Shown here piece by piece: positions 24,720-36,905 of a stretch of 64,000 nucleotides of DNA (the first letter of the stretch is position 1; the number at the start of each line of letters is the position of its first letter). Source of the stretch: Felis catus (Eukaryota). The notes under the pieces were generated by a model. That model ran no database searches. It saw only the letters and a list, made by a program, of their open reading frames with translations, and was not told where the DNA came from. The DNA lies in NCBI RefSeq assembly GCF_018350175.1, contig NC_058383.1:26662001-26726000 (forward strand), read 5' to 3'. Both the position numbers and the translations under genes were made by a program.

Positions 24720-25180
24720 GATAGAATCTGTCACCAAGTTCATTCATCAATTTTGCCTCCAGACCATCTCTCCTCTCTGTCTACTTCTCTCCACCTCCAC
24801 AGCCACTGTCACCTTTCACCTGCTGATCACTGACCTCTCTCCTTCCTCCTTTCTTCCCCTCCTTCATCCCCCAACCTGAGAGGATACACTGCTCTACACA
24901 CTTTAGTGGCTCCCAATATCTAGAGGATAAAGACCAAAGTCTTTAATCTCGTCCTCATCATCTGGCCCCTGCCCACTTGTCTGCTTCACTTTTCACCATT
25001 TCCTCCAGCACAAATGAATGAATGACCCAGCTTTCATGCAGTTCATGCCCTCATTTTTTCACTCTAGAACTTTGACCTTGTTTGCTTTGCACAGAATGAC
25101 CTTTCTTGTCCTTTGCCAGGCCAGCTGCTGATCTTTTAGGTCTCAGCTCAGGTGTCACTTTTCAGGAAGCCCTGTCTTTT
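24720..25180 (+). mobile_element. L2 fragment
   Basis: tctgtcaccaagttc..gtggctccca..aggataaagaccaaagtc..tctcagctcaggtgtcactt. Confidence 0.65.
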
Positions 25181-25199
25181 AGCCCCCGGGAGGCGTTGG

Positions 25200-25784
25200 T
25201 GTGGCAGATTGCATTTTCCAAAGATGGGGCAACACTGTCTCTTGTCCCACATGCTTTTCTTACAAGGTGACCTTGAAATTCTTCCCACTGAGGCAGGGGG
25301 TGGGGTGGGGACTTATATCCTGTCCTCTTGAATTTGGGCACACCTTAGTGACTGCTTCCATCCAGAGAGTCCAGCAGAAGTGATACTATGTGACCCCTGA
25401 GCCTGGAGCATAAAATTACCACACAGTTCTGTCTCTCTTTGGGGCCCAATCCCAGCATGTGAGGAAGCCCAAACTAACTGCATGGAAAGACTTCTTGGTG
25501 GGGCTCCTGTAGGTGTTCTGGACACTAGGCCATTGGAGATCTTAGCCAACAGCTAGGCATCAACTAGCAAATGTGCCTGAGGATGCCTCCAGATGATTCC
25601 ATATGGTTAGCCTAGCACCCCCAACCCTTTAGATTTCTCAGCTGAAACTCCAGACCTCATGTAACATCCTCACTGTGACCATGTCTGAGTTCTTGACCCA
25701 AAGTGTCCACAAGCATAATAACATGGCTATTTTATGCCATTAGTGTTGGGATGATTTATTATGCAGCAGTCACTAAACGGGACA
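25200..25784 (+). mobile_element. MLT1 (MLT1G-like) solo LTR
   Basis: Starts TGtggcagattgcattttccaaagatgg; ends ttatgcagcagtcactaaacgggaCA. Confidence 0.8.
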
Positions 25785-25954
25785 GTGAGGAGCTTTTCAC
25801 ATCTTCTATAGCTCTTCCCTGATCACAGGATGAAAACACAGTGTTCTAGTTGCTTGATCTTTCCTTCTGGACTGTATCTTCTGTGAAGCCTTCTATTTGG
25901 GTTCATTTCAACTGCATCTAGATCAGAGATGGCACTGGAATATTTTGCTTGATT

Positions 25955-26082
25955 TTTTTATTATTTTATTTTATTTTTAAAGATCAAAACAATTTTTTTT
26001 CAGTAATGTCTACACCCAACGTGGGGCTCGAACTTAACAACCCTGAGATCAAGGGTCGCATGCTCCACCGACTGAGCCAACC
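25955..26082 (-). mobile_element. Short older CanSINE
   Basis: tctacacccaacgtggggctcgaact..gagatcaagggtcgcatgctccaccgactgagcc. Confidence 0.85.
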
Positions 26083-27228
26083 ACTTATTTTCAGAATCAG
26101 TTTTAATTGCTTGTGTAAAATATACATTCTCCTCCTCAAAGAAGAATACAAAACTAAAGTCCCTTTAGCCACCATCCCTCATTCCCACCCCTCACTATTA
26201 TGAATGTCCTTTGTATCCTTAAGGACTTTAACACACTTTTACATACATCTGTACGCGCCTTTAGTATTGTTTTAAAAACCCAATGATACACCATGCTGTA
26301 ATGCGTATTTTGCAATTTGATTTTTTTTTTTACCTGACAGCGTGTTTCTGAGACTAGTCCTTGCTGATACAGATCTAGTTAATTTCTCTTAGCTTCTGTA
26401 TAGCGTTTTATTATTGCTTATCTTTTTTTCAAACTATTCCTGTGTTGACAGACACTTAAGTTACATGTACATCTCTGCTTCTAGAAACAGCACTAGTGAG
26501 AGGCCTACCTACACGGATTCTCGACCTGACTGCAGATAAAATCACTCAGAAGCTTTACCATCGCACCAATGTCTCACCCTCAAAGATTCTTAATTCATTT
26601 CTTAAGAGTTTAAGATTTTCTGAAATCTTGAAAGATTTCAATTGATTGGTCTGGAGGGAAGCACCAGTGGTTTTAGAAGCTTCCAAGTGGTTTGAATATG
26701 CATCCAGGAGTGAACAGTGGTGGTGAAGGTGATAGAATCACTCTGTCAAACGGGATGTACATCATTACTAGGCACCCCATTGCTTTTCACAGGGGGGTAG
26801 CCTGATTTGCATCCTCGCTGGCAGTGTGTGAGCAAATAGTGATTGTTTTTACACCGACAGATGTATACAAGTCACTGCAGCACAGTGAGCCAGAGCTCCT
26901 GACCACAGTACGGGCGGGTTTCTGAGTGGCCCCCAAACTTCTGGGCTGCAGCAGGTTTGAGATGCTTTGTGTCCTTAGGTGGCAGTGTGGTACAGCTGCC
27001 AGGGAGTTGGGCTGGGGAAGAAAGCCTGGATTCTAGTTCAGACCCGACTCTGCCTCTCTGGCTGTGCTCTCTGGGTCACTTTCCCCAGCTGGCCCTCAGT
27101 GTCCCCTCCCTTGCAGGAGAAAAGCCACCACACCGCCATGCACGGGGTTGCTCCCTGCCCCCGGCTGTCCAGGCTGAGAGCTATTTCTAGCCAGCTGGTC
27201 AGAGCGTGGGCTCCAGAGCCTGCTTCTT

Positions 27229-27428
27229 TATTTTTTAAAATTTTTAAATGCTTATTTATTTTTGAGAGAGTGTGAGTGGGGGAGGGGCAGAGAAAGAGGG
27301 GAGCAGAGGATCTGAAGCAGGCTCTGTGCTAACAGCAGGGAGCCTGATGTGGCACTCAAACTCACAACTGTGAGATCATGACCTGAGACGAAATCAGACT
27401 TTCGACTGACTAAGCCACCCAGATGCCC
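27229..27428 (-). mobile_element. CanSINE
   Basis: TSD ccagagcctgcttctt at 27213-27228 and 27429-27444. Confidence 0.92.
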
Positions 27429-27444
27429 CCAGAGCCTGCTTCTT

Positions 27445-27518
27445 AATCTTCCCTGTACCTGGGCCCCTTCTCAGAGTAATGTTTTTAATATAGAATCCAG
27501 AGGATTACAAAGGCAATC

Positions 27519-27556
<38 letters not shown>

Positions 27557-28026
27557 ACACATAAATTGTACACACACACACTTTTAAGTTTTATTGAAGT
27601 TTAATTGATAAAATTCTAAGATACTTAAAGTACACAATGTGATGATCTGATATTTGTATACCTTGTGGAAGGATTTTCACCATCAAGTAGTTAAGACATC
27701 CACTACCTCACATATTTACCCCCCTTTCTGGGGGGAGAACATTCAAGTTCTCTCTAAGCAAATTTCAGCGATACAATGCCATGTGTTACCATGTCATACA
27801 TTAGATCGGCAGAACTTACTCATCTTATGACTGACTGTAAGTAAATCTGTACCTTCTCTCTCTTTTCCTCACCCTTCAGCCCCTGGAAACTACTTTTCTC
27901 CTCTCTGTTGCTATGAGTTCAACTTTTTTTCTTCCTTTCTTCCTTCTTCCCTCCTTTCCCCCCTCCTTCCTTCCTTCCTTCCTTCCTTCCTTCCTTCCTT
28001 CCTTCCTTCCTTCCTTCCTTCCTTCC

Positions 28027-28105
<79 letters not shown>

Positions 28106-28620
28106 CTCTTTCTCTCTTTCTCTCTTTCTCTCTTTCTCTCTTTCTTTCTCTTTTGTTTTGTTTCTTTTTAGATTCTGCATGTAAGTAGACCATACAGTAT
28201 TTGTCTTTCTCCATCTGGCTTATTTCAGGCAACCAATTGTGTCGAAATACATTTATCAAAATATACTGCGATATAGCCATGCTGCGCCTATTTATTTATT
28301 TATTTAGCATGTGCCTTTTTATTAACAGAGCACAAAGCAACACCTGCTGGTGGGTGGGCCATGTTATTATGATGGTAATTGCAAGGCAGGGATAAGTGTA
28401 AATGATCATTCAAGATGTATGCTAGAAATGTAATCGGACATGAAAACATCTTTGGTTCCAACTGGGGACAGAGTCGTGGGGGCTGGGGACATTATTGCCG
28501 CTTGCTACCGATATCCATAATGGAAGGAAATGCAACTTTTCAGTTCGATGTTAAGAAAATTAAGCGGCAATATATGTATTTTTTTCATCTAGGTTCACCC
28601 ATCCCAGGTTAAGAGCCCTA
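27445..28620. mobile_element. MER119/Charlie7-like hAT element split by an antisense L1 3'UTR fragment (about 27520-28227)
   Basis: aggattacaaaggcaa.. resumes as ..aggcaaccaattgtgtcgaaatacatttatcaaaat; terminal caggttaagagccc. Confidence 0.6.
27925..28152. repeat. Compound (TTCC)n(TTTC)n(TCTC) polypyrimidine microsatellite
   Basis: About 225 nt of pure pyrimidine on the + strand. Confidence 0.97.
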
Positions 28621-28814
28621 GCTGGAGTTAAGTAGATGAGAGGTGTCAACACCTTGCCCTACAGCTCCCGGTGCAGGACATTTCTGTGAACTGTTCTTCC
28701 TCTCTGTGCCTCAGTTTCCTCATCTTTAAAATGGGTGTAAGACTGGTGAGCTCATAGAGCTGCCAGGAAGAGTAGGTGTGAGTAAGCCAAATTCAGTGCA
28801 CACTTATTTCTTTA

Positions 28815-29230
28815 AAATTTTATTTTATTGTGGTAAGGACGTATAGCATCAGAACCACCCTCTTGACACACAAGAAGATGACAGATCTTGACCAAGGATG
28901 TGGAGAGATTGGAACCCTTGCACACCACTGGTGAGAATGCAAGACAGTGCAGCTGCTGTGGAAAACAGAATGGAATTCATTGAACAATGAAGAACAACTA
29001 CTGTACAATCCGATGCTTCCATCTGTGGGTAGTTATCCAAAAGAATAAAAACCCGGATGTCGAGGTGATACTGGTGCTTTCGTGTTCACTGCAGCACCAT
29101 CCACAGCAGCCAAGATGTGGAAACAACCCAAATGTCGGCTGACAGATGAGTGGATGAAGGAATATCTACGACGGAATACTATTCAGCATTAAAGAAGAAG
29201 GAGATTCTGCACTATGTGACCACATGGATG
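28815..29230. mobile_element. Probable 5'-inverted L1: 3' end on - (28815-28866) and ORF2-end segment on + (28868-29230)
   Basis: The reverse complement of 28815-28866 ends ttaccacaataaaataaaat; the + segment reads aaggatgtggagagattggaaccc..aaacaacccaaatgtc..cacatggatg. Confidence 0.6.
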
Positions 29231-30181
29231 CACGTGCTCAACGTTTACTGAGAACCGTTATGTGCTTGGGCTGGTTTTGGGGACTGGGGCTCAGTACTGA
29301 AGGAGAGAGGCCACACCGCCCTGCCCTCCTGGGACTCACACTGTAGGGGCAGGGACAGTGCACGAGCAGGCAGCTACGTATGGCTTCAGATCATAATGAG
29401 GGCTGGGAAGAAAAGAGAAAACAGGTGATATGACAGAGAACAAATGCCCGGTGCAGGTTAACATTAAATCACACAATCAGGGGACCATCATGCGCGGAGA
29501 AACTAATGATATTCACGCATCAGGGGAGAGACTGTATTTGGAGCGCTTGGCACAGTGCCTGGCAAGCACTGAATGCTCGATGCGTGTTGGCCGTGGTGAT
29601 GCTGCTGCTGCTGCCCTCTCCCCTTCCCACGGTTCCCCGGGGACACCGACCTCCTTGGGACTTGGGGCTGGCGGAGCATTGGGTGACGTGGGTGGGGAGA
29701 AGGCAACATCGCTGTCAAAACGGGATCCGAGGGAAGCAGGTCTGATTAAAGGAAGATAAAGTCTTCTCTCTGCTGTGTCTTGCGGGGAGAGCTAAGCAAT
29801 CAATAGGTCTCGCAGATCAGTGGAGGGTGCTTGGAGTCTGGCAGCACGGGGCTTTTTAATTAAACCTATAACTGCGAGAAAAGGTAACTGCCTTATTTCT
29901 GCAGCTTGTGTTTCAGTCTGCCTGCCAGACATTGAACAAGTCAACGCACTTCCAGAGGCTCCAAGGATCTTGATGATCCGGTTTGGGGAGGCCAGGATGA
30001 ACATCTGGATGGCCTGGGTGACAGATACCCATTCTACAGGCATAGGTGTTGTCTTTGGCATTTAGATACCCATGGCAGCTGTGATGAATCAGTTCCACTT
30101 CCTGGAAGGTGACAGCCCTTCCCAGCCAGCAGCGCTTTGTCTCCCGAATCACTGGGTCTTTCCAAAGATATCAATGTTACT

Positions 30182-30182
<1 letters not shown>

Positions 30183-30237
<55 letters not shown>

Positions 30238-30240
30238 AAA
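30183..30240. repeat. (TAAA)n microsatellite
   Basis: Perfect tetranucleotide run. Confidence 0.97.
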
Positions 30241-30246
30241 TTTCCA

Positions 30247-30673
30247 GGGCCTCTGGGTGGCTTAGTCAGTTGAACATCCTATTTCGGCTCAGGTCATTAA
30301 TGTCTCGGTCTGTGAGACGGAGCCCACATCGGGGTCTGTGCTGACAGCTTAGAACCTGGATCCTGCTTTGGATTCTGTGTGTCCCTCTCTCTATGCCCCT
30401 CCCTCTCCCCCCCCCAAATAAACATTAAAAAAATTAAAAAATTTCCTTTTTTTTTTTTTTATTTTTTTTTCAACGTTTATTTATTTTTGAGACAGAGAGA
30501 GACAGAGCATGAACGGGGGAGGGGCAGAGAGAGAGGGAGACACAGAATCGGAAACAGGCTCCAGGCTCTGAGCCATCAGCCCAGAGCCTGATGCGGGGCT
30601 CGAACTCACGGGCCGCGAGATCGTGACCTGGCTGAAGTCGGACGCTTAACCGACTGCGCCACCCAGGCGCCCC
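30247..30673. mobile_element. Tail-to-tail CanSINE pair: + (30247-30436) and young - (30451-30673)
   Basis: aaaaatttcc at 30236-30245 and 30437-30446; aaaaaatttcctttt at 30436-30450 and 30674-30688. Confidence 0.92.
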
Positions 30674-30704
30674 AAAAAATTTCCTTTTATTATGAAATAG
30701 AGCC

Positions 30705-30868
30705 TTGCTACTTAAGGTGTGGTCCATGGGCCAGCAGCATCAGCAGCAGCTGCTGGAGTGATATCAAAAATGAGAATCTCAGACCCTGCCCGCAAACCTA
30801 CCGTCAGAATCTGCATTTTAGCAAGATCCTTAGGAAATTCAAGGCACGGTAAACGTGTGAGAAGCCCT
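30705..30868. mobile_element. MER5-family hAT element
   Basis: tgctacttaaggtgtggtcc..ccagcagcatcagc..agaatctgcattttagcaagatcc..tgagaagccctg. Confidence 0.8.
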
Positions 30869-31806
30869 GAGGTATGAGACCTGAAGGCAAATCAGCTCCT
30901 CGCCAAGGTGCAGACCTTATTTAAATCCTGAAAAGAAAGTGAAAAAAAAAAAAAAGAAGTATGACATTCATGAGACAATTTGAACACTTACTGGGTATTT
31001 GAGGACAATAAGGAATGATTAATTTGTCAGCTGTGATAATGGTAGGGTGGTTGTATTAAAAAACAGCTCTTATCTTTCAGAGTTACCCTTTGATGATTGG
31101 TTGTTTTGTTTTTTTGCTTTTTTGGTCTGGCGTTTGTCTCAGACTTCTGGTGGAAGTGGAGCCTGGGGTGCAGATGGGGTAGCACTGGCCATGGGTTGAT
31201 GGTTCAGAGCCTTGGGTGTGGCATATGAAAGATGCATTATACCGATGTGTTTACTTAGCATATGTTCAAAACTCTCCATAAGAAAAGGTTAAGATGATGA
31301 AATACAACATTCTCATCAAAAGCGCATAAAGCATGAAGGTGTTGTGAATGAATAATTATTCAAGCCAACATCCAGGCACCTACTACCCGGTCATTTTCAG
31401 CCACGCCCCCCTCCCACAAGAACCCCTTCCCCACAGTAACCCCTTCCCTGCCACTCTCTTGGTGGGTGTCACCCCTCCCCGCCAATGGAATCACGTGGGA
31501 AGACTTTAGAAAAAGTAACAAAGCTGAGACCCTCCAGACCAGCGAAAACCAAATCCCTGTGCAGTGGAGCACAGGTGATTCTAAGATGCATCCCAGTTGA
31601 GAATTAATGAGTTTTTCTCATTTTTCATGTAAAACTCATGATGTCTTCGTGCTTGAGGTTTTCAATGAGCTTACCTCTCTGTTGTGCCAAACAGGCCATT
31701 TTGCAGATTGTCTCTCATGGAGGACTGAGGTGCCGGAGAGTTTTGGAGACATAGGTTGCATTTGGCGGTGGACATTGCACCCCAGCTTTGAAAATCATGG
31801 CAGTAG

Positions 31807-32091
31807 ACATGTACAGAGAAAGACAGATACCATATGGTTTCACTCTTATGTGGATCCTGAGAAACTTAACAGAAACCCATGGGGGAGGGGAAGGAAAAAA
31901 AAAAAAAAAGAGGTTAGAGTGGAAGAGAGCCAAAGAATAAGAGACTCAAAAACTGAGAACAAACTGAGGGTTGATGGGAGGTGGGAGGGCGGGGAGGGTG
32001 GGTGATGGGTATTGAGGAGGGCACCTTTTGGGATGAGCACTGGGTGTTGTATGGAAACCAATTTGACAATAAACTTCATATATTGAAAAAA
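31807..32091 (+). mobile_element. Short 5'-truncated felid L1 3'UTR
   Basis: TSD aaaatcatggc(a/c)gtag at 31791-31806 and 32092-32107; ends gggatgagcactgggtgttgtatggaaaccaatttgacaataaa + A tail. Confidence 0.92.
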
Positions 32092-32449
32092 AAAATCATG
32101 GCCGTAGTTACCACTTGCTAAGCACTTTCTACATGCCTGGCACTGTGCTAGGTACTTTGTACATATATTGATTTCTCTTAATCCCCACAACTGTGGGGTT
32201 GGCATCAACTATCCCCATTGTATTGATGGAGAAACCGAGGCTTAGGGAGACCGTGTGGCTTTCCAAGGTCACCCGGTTTGGAAAGTGCAGAGCGTCTGAC
32301 TCACTGCTCTTCACCCTCACATCACGCTGCTCATGACGGATCTGGAGGGAAGAATGTAGGGTCATTTGATAACCCGCCAAGAACTGACACTATACACGGA
32401 GTGGCCTTTCCTGCGTAAGTTATGTGCCTTTGGTAAAAATCACTGTGAC

Positions 32450-32540
32450 CTGAGTTTCTGTGTATGTCAAACGGGGACATTGCTGCTCTGTGTTCTCCAG
32501 CTGACAACCTCTTGCTCATCTGTCAAAGGTGCATCACTTC
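32450..32540 (-). other. Candidate minus-strand exon following a 139-nt GT-AG intron (32541-32679)
   Basis: Upstream donor CAAGG|GTGAGT at 32679; acceptor catttcctgtctccctgtcctgcAG|GAAG at 32542-32541. The downstream donor CAG|gtcaca is weak, so the exon's 3' end is uncertain. Confidence 0.3.
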
Positions 32541-32854
32541 CTGCAGGACAGGGAGACAGGAAATGCCTCTGCGTTTCAAGTGACCTCCTGGCTAAAACCG
32601 AATGAGTCATGCCCTCCTCCAGCCTCAGGGAGTGCTTGTTCAGGCCTCTAAGAACAGTTGGGATGAGCCCTGCACTCACCCTTGTTCTGTAGTTATTTCA
32701 GCGTCTGCATAGCCCAGCCCAGGGGCAGTGCAAGTCTGTGACTGGAATGACAGTCTGCTCAACCACCAAAGCTTTGGCCAGAGCGTATGATCTACTGATA
32801 TAACACCCAGCAGGCAGAGCTGCGTCAGGGCGGCCACAGACAGGATAGTGCGCA

Positions 32855-33062
32855 CCTGGGTCCCTCAATTCAGACTGCCTGGGTTCAAGTCCCGGCTTTG
32901 CCACTTCAGAGCTGAGTGACCCGGGGCAGGCTAGTTAACTTCCCTGGGCCTCCTTTTCCTCCTCTGAAAATGGAGGGAGACAATAGTCCTCGCCTCTCAG
33001 GGTTATCATAAGGGTGGAATGTGTTCGTGTGGACAGTGTGTAGACCATGCCTGACAGTGCCA
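32855..33062 (+). mobile_element. MIR
   Basis: cagactgcctgggttcaagtcccggctttgccactt..gagtgacccggggcag..ttaacttccctgggcctc..tgaaaatggag. Confidence 0.8.
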
Positions 33063-33095
33063 TTGTAGAAGTGGAGGCAAAAGGAAAACTGGGTA

Positions 33096-33563
33096 GGAGC
33101 GCCTGGGTGGCTCAGTCGGTTAGGTGTCCGATTTTGGCTCAGGTCATGATCTCGCATGGTCCATGGGTTTGAGCCCCGCGTCAGGCTCTGTGCTGACAGC
33201 TCAGAGCCTGGAGCCTGCTTTGGATTCTGTGTCTCCTTCTCTCTCTCTCTGTCCCTCCCCCACTCGCACTGTCTCTCCGTCTCTCAAAAATGAATAAATT
33301 AACAATTTTTAAAAATAATTAAAAATTTTTAAAAGAATAAAAAAAATAGGGGCGCCTGGGTGGCTCAGTCGGTTAAGCGGCCGACTTCGGCTCAGGTCAT
33401 GATCTCGCAGTCTGTGGGTTCGAGCCCCGCGTCGGGCTCTGTGCTGACAGCTCAGAGCCTGGAGCCTGTTTCAGATTCTGTGTCTCCCTCTTTCTCTGAC
33501 CCTCCCCTGTTCATGCTCTCTCTCTGTCTCAAAAATAAATAAATGTTAAAAAAAAAATTAAAA
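33096..33563 (+). mobile_element. Two tandem CanSINEs; the second (from about 33349) sits in the tail of the first
   Basis: A single outer TSD aaaaggaaaactgggta at 33079-33095 and 33564-33580. Confidence 0.92.
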
Positions 33564-33859
33564 AAAAGGAAAACTGGGTAATCGTGGCCCTGTCTTTATT
33601 TGAAACTTTGATTTTATTGTTCATCAGGGATAGTTTTGCATTCCTTTTGATTGCTTTTTTTTTTTTTTTGAATATTGCACCAAAATATTCTTTATCTTAA
33701 TGACTGGGTTTTTTGGTGCCCTCTTAAATCTTGCATCCATAGGAGAAGGCCTCATTTGCCTCACCCTCATCCTGGCCCTGACCCTTAGGAAGCAACATGC
33801 AAGTTTTCATGGGTCTGAAGGGGGCTCAGTGTCATTACATTTAAAGAAATGTAGATACA

Positions 33860-34100
33860 GGGCGCCTGGGTGGCTCAGTCAGTTGAGCTCAGGTCACGAT
33901 CGTGACTTCAGCTCAGGTCACGATCTCGTGGTCCATGAGTTTGAGCCCTGAATTGGGCTGTGTTGACAGCTCAGAGCCTGGAGTCTGCTTCAGATTCTGT
34001 GTGTGTGTGTCTCTCTCTCTCTCTCTCTGCCCCTCCCCAGCTTGCACTCTGTTTATCTCTCTCTGAAAAATAAATAAACATTAAAAAAAACTTTTAAAAA
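33860..34100 (+). mobile_element. CanSINE with a short internal duplication (agctcaggtcacgatc x2)
   Basis: Head gggcgcctgggtggctcag; flanked by aaatgta(g/t)ataca. Confidence 0.9.
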
Positions 34101-34867
34101 TGTATATACATATACACTACTTGTGCAGCACCTACTATGGTGTTCTGGTATTGGGGACGGAGCTGTGAATAGATATTCACAGTTTTGGTTCTTGCTCTCG
34201 AGTTGACAGCTGACTGATGGTAAGAGCACCATGTTGAAAAATCTCTGAGGCTAGGCTTTGGTGGGGTCTAAACGGACTGGATAAACAGCTCCAGAGTCTT
34301 CTGGCAAAGGGGGAGAGGGAGGAAGGGAGGCAGAACTGGATGAAGGGAGACGTGAGGGGCAGAGGGCAAAGGAGCGGGAAGGCCAGCAGACAGCCTCCCA
34401 GGCAGAGGGCTTTGAAGGTTAACTGAAATGCAGAGCCACATTTCCCCAGAGGGTTTCTGTTAGACAGCCATCTTCCCACCCCCAGAGGGAGCCTGGCTCC
34501 TTCCATCAGCCTGGGAGAGGCGGGTCAGGGGTATGGGCCTGGTGGAGGTGATGGCTCCCACCTCGAAGGCTTGTGAAGTTGGAGATGAATGGCTGAAGTT
34601 CAGGACAGGCACGTAGTAGGTCAGCCTCTTTCTTTTTAAGCAGGGGCTCCTCCCTTGGAAAGATAAGACATTGCCCCAGAGTCAAAACAGCTAAGTTTAT
34701 TAAGTGTTTACTGTGTACCAGGTACTTCCCACCCATAACTTCATTTAACCCTTAAAAATAACTACTGTTTTCGTCACCTGTTCTGTAGGTGATGGAAGGA
34801 GATTCAGAGAGCATCTAAATAAAAGGTGTACAAGGCCACATTGCCTGCATGTGTTTGTCCTGTGGGG

Positions 34868-35470
34868 CCATTGCTGTCCAAGATGGCAGCCACTGGTCAC
34901 AGGCGGCCCTTGAGCACAGCAAATGTGTCTAGTGTGAAGATGGGAGGGAATTTAAAATTTTACTTAACCCTAACTAACATATCTAACTCTAACATTTCAT
35001 TGAAAAAACTGAAGCAGTGTATTTTTCTGTGAAAATGACTTGATTGTTTTAGTGGGATTCCATTTCACTTCAATTGTTGGAAATTAAACATCCAAATTAA
35101 AACTGTTGTAAAATACACATGGGCATTAGAAGACTTAGCATATATAAAAAAAAGAATGTAAAATATCTCATTAATAATTTTTTAAAAATTTATTTATTTT
35201 TGTCATAGTCGCTATACCCAACGTGGGGCTCGAACTTACAACCCCGAGATAAGGAGTTATATCCTCTTCTGACTGAGCCAGCCAGCCTCAATAATAATTT
35301 TTTTAATGTTGGTTACATGTTGAAATTATAATATGTTGGCTCTATTAAGCCAAACAAAACATATTATTAAAAATTAATTTCACCTCTTAACAAACTTTTA
35401 AAATGTAGCTACTGGAACATTTAAAACAATGTAACTCGTTTGCAATACAATTGTATTGGACAGAACTGAG
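34868..35470. mobile_element. MER33/Charlie1-derived hAT element containing a short CanSINE (-, about 35183-35286)
   Basis: Termini gctgtccaagatggcagccactggtcaca.. and ..tattggacag; SINE TSD ctca(t/a)taataattttt. Confidence 0.7.
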
Positions 35471-35921
35471 CTGGAATATGAACCCAGGAAGTCCTTGTCT
35501 GGAATTCAGGCTTTGTCTGTGTCCCGTGGCTCACATGTTTGGAAGGTGAAGGATGGAGTGACCCTGAGAGTTCTCTAGAATATCAGATTCATCTTCCTTC
35601 AGTGCCTGCTATCTCCTTCAAGACCTAGTTCTCCCCAGAGTGGCCTTTTGACTCTGATGACTTTCCAGCAACCTCAGCTAACCAAGAGTTTCTATTTGAC
35701 AGGGGGGCAGAAGCTTTCTGCGTCTGCTTTCCTGCTGTTGAATTTCTGATGTGTGCCAGGCACTGTGAACAAAACAGACAACAACCCCTGTCCTCAAGGA
35801 ATTTATATTCTGTTGGGGAAGGCAAAAGTAAAAAAGAGAAATATATAAAATTATAGGAGCTTAGTGACAAATGCCAAGAAGAAATAAGGAAAGCAGGAAG
35901 TGGATGGGAGTTATTGGGGAC

Positions 35922-36029
35922 TGTATCAGTTCGTTATGGCTGCTGTGATAACTTACTACAAATGTAACAGCTTAAAAGAACCCTGATGTTTTGTTTATTT
36001 ATTTATTATTTTTAATGCTTATTTATTCT

Positions 36030-36060
<31 letters not shown>

Positions 36061-36582
36061 TCCCAAGCAGGCTCTAAGCTGTCAGCACAGAGCCCCAAGC
36101 AGGGCTTGATCCCACAAACCCTTGAGATCATGAGCAAAAACCAAGAGTCAGAGGCTTAACTGACTGAACCACCCAGGAGCCCAACAACCCATATTTATTA
36201 TCTCACAGTTTTGGAGGTCTGAAGTCTACAGTGGGTCTGCAGGACTGAGTTCCTCCTGGAGGCTCCAGGGGAGAATCCATTTCCTTCCTTGCCCAGCTTC
36301 TAAAGGATACTCACATGCCTTGGTTCTTGGCCGTGCATCACTCCAACCCCTGCTTCCTTGTCTTATATCCTTCTCTGATGTTGGCTCTTCTGCCTGCCTC
36401 TTATAAGTACCCTTGTGATTCTATTTGGCTCACCCAGGCCATCTCCTTGTCTCAGAATCCTTATTTAATCACATCTGCAACATTTGCAATCTCTCCTTTT
36501 GCTATGGAAGGTAACATATTCACAGGTTCCTGGGAACAGGATGTGGACATCTTCTAAGGAAGGCATTATTCTGTCTACTACA
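35922..36582 (-). mobile_element. MLT1 (MLT1C/D-like) solo LTR in an L2, containing a CanSINE (-, about 35990-36182)
   Basis: TG..CA termini with a perfect 5-bp TSD GGGAC at 35917-35921 and 36583-36587. Confidence 0.88.
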
Positions 36583-36587
36583 GGGAC

Positions 36588-36905
36588 TGAAATTTGAGAT
36601 AAGGTGATCAGGAAAGGACTAATTGAGATGACAGTGGAGTAAAGACCTGAGGGAGTTAGGGAGTACACAGATACCGGGTGAAAGAGTCTTCTGGGCAGAA
36701 GAAAGAGCATGTGCAAAGGTCCTGAGGTGGGAGTATGGCTGGTATGTTTGAAGTTGTCTGGAGCAGAGAGAACTAGGGGCAGAATGGTAGGAACTGAAGT
36801 CAGAGAGGTGATAGCGGGGAGGGCACGGGAAAGGGAGAGGCAGGTCATGAAGGGCCTTGTAGATGATTTTAAGAAATGTATCTTATTCTCTGAGTGAGAT
36901 GGGAA
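36588..36905 (-). mobile_element. L2 fragment (continues from about 35740-35916)
   Basis: agcatgtgcaaaggtcctgaggtgggag..ttattctctgagtgagatgggaag. Confidence 0.8.

Noticed and set aside
27876..28280. K/E/R-rich ORFs (also 18020-18412 and 41965-42450)
   Set aside because: Translations of (TTCC)n/(TTTC)n/(AG)n microsatellites.
29792..30152. Three overlapping 79-89-aa ORFs as a coding exon
   Set aside because: No recognisable protein and no consistent splice-bounded frame; kept only as a non-coding candidate.
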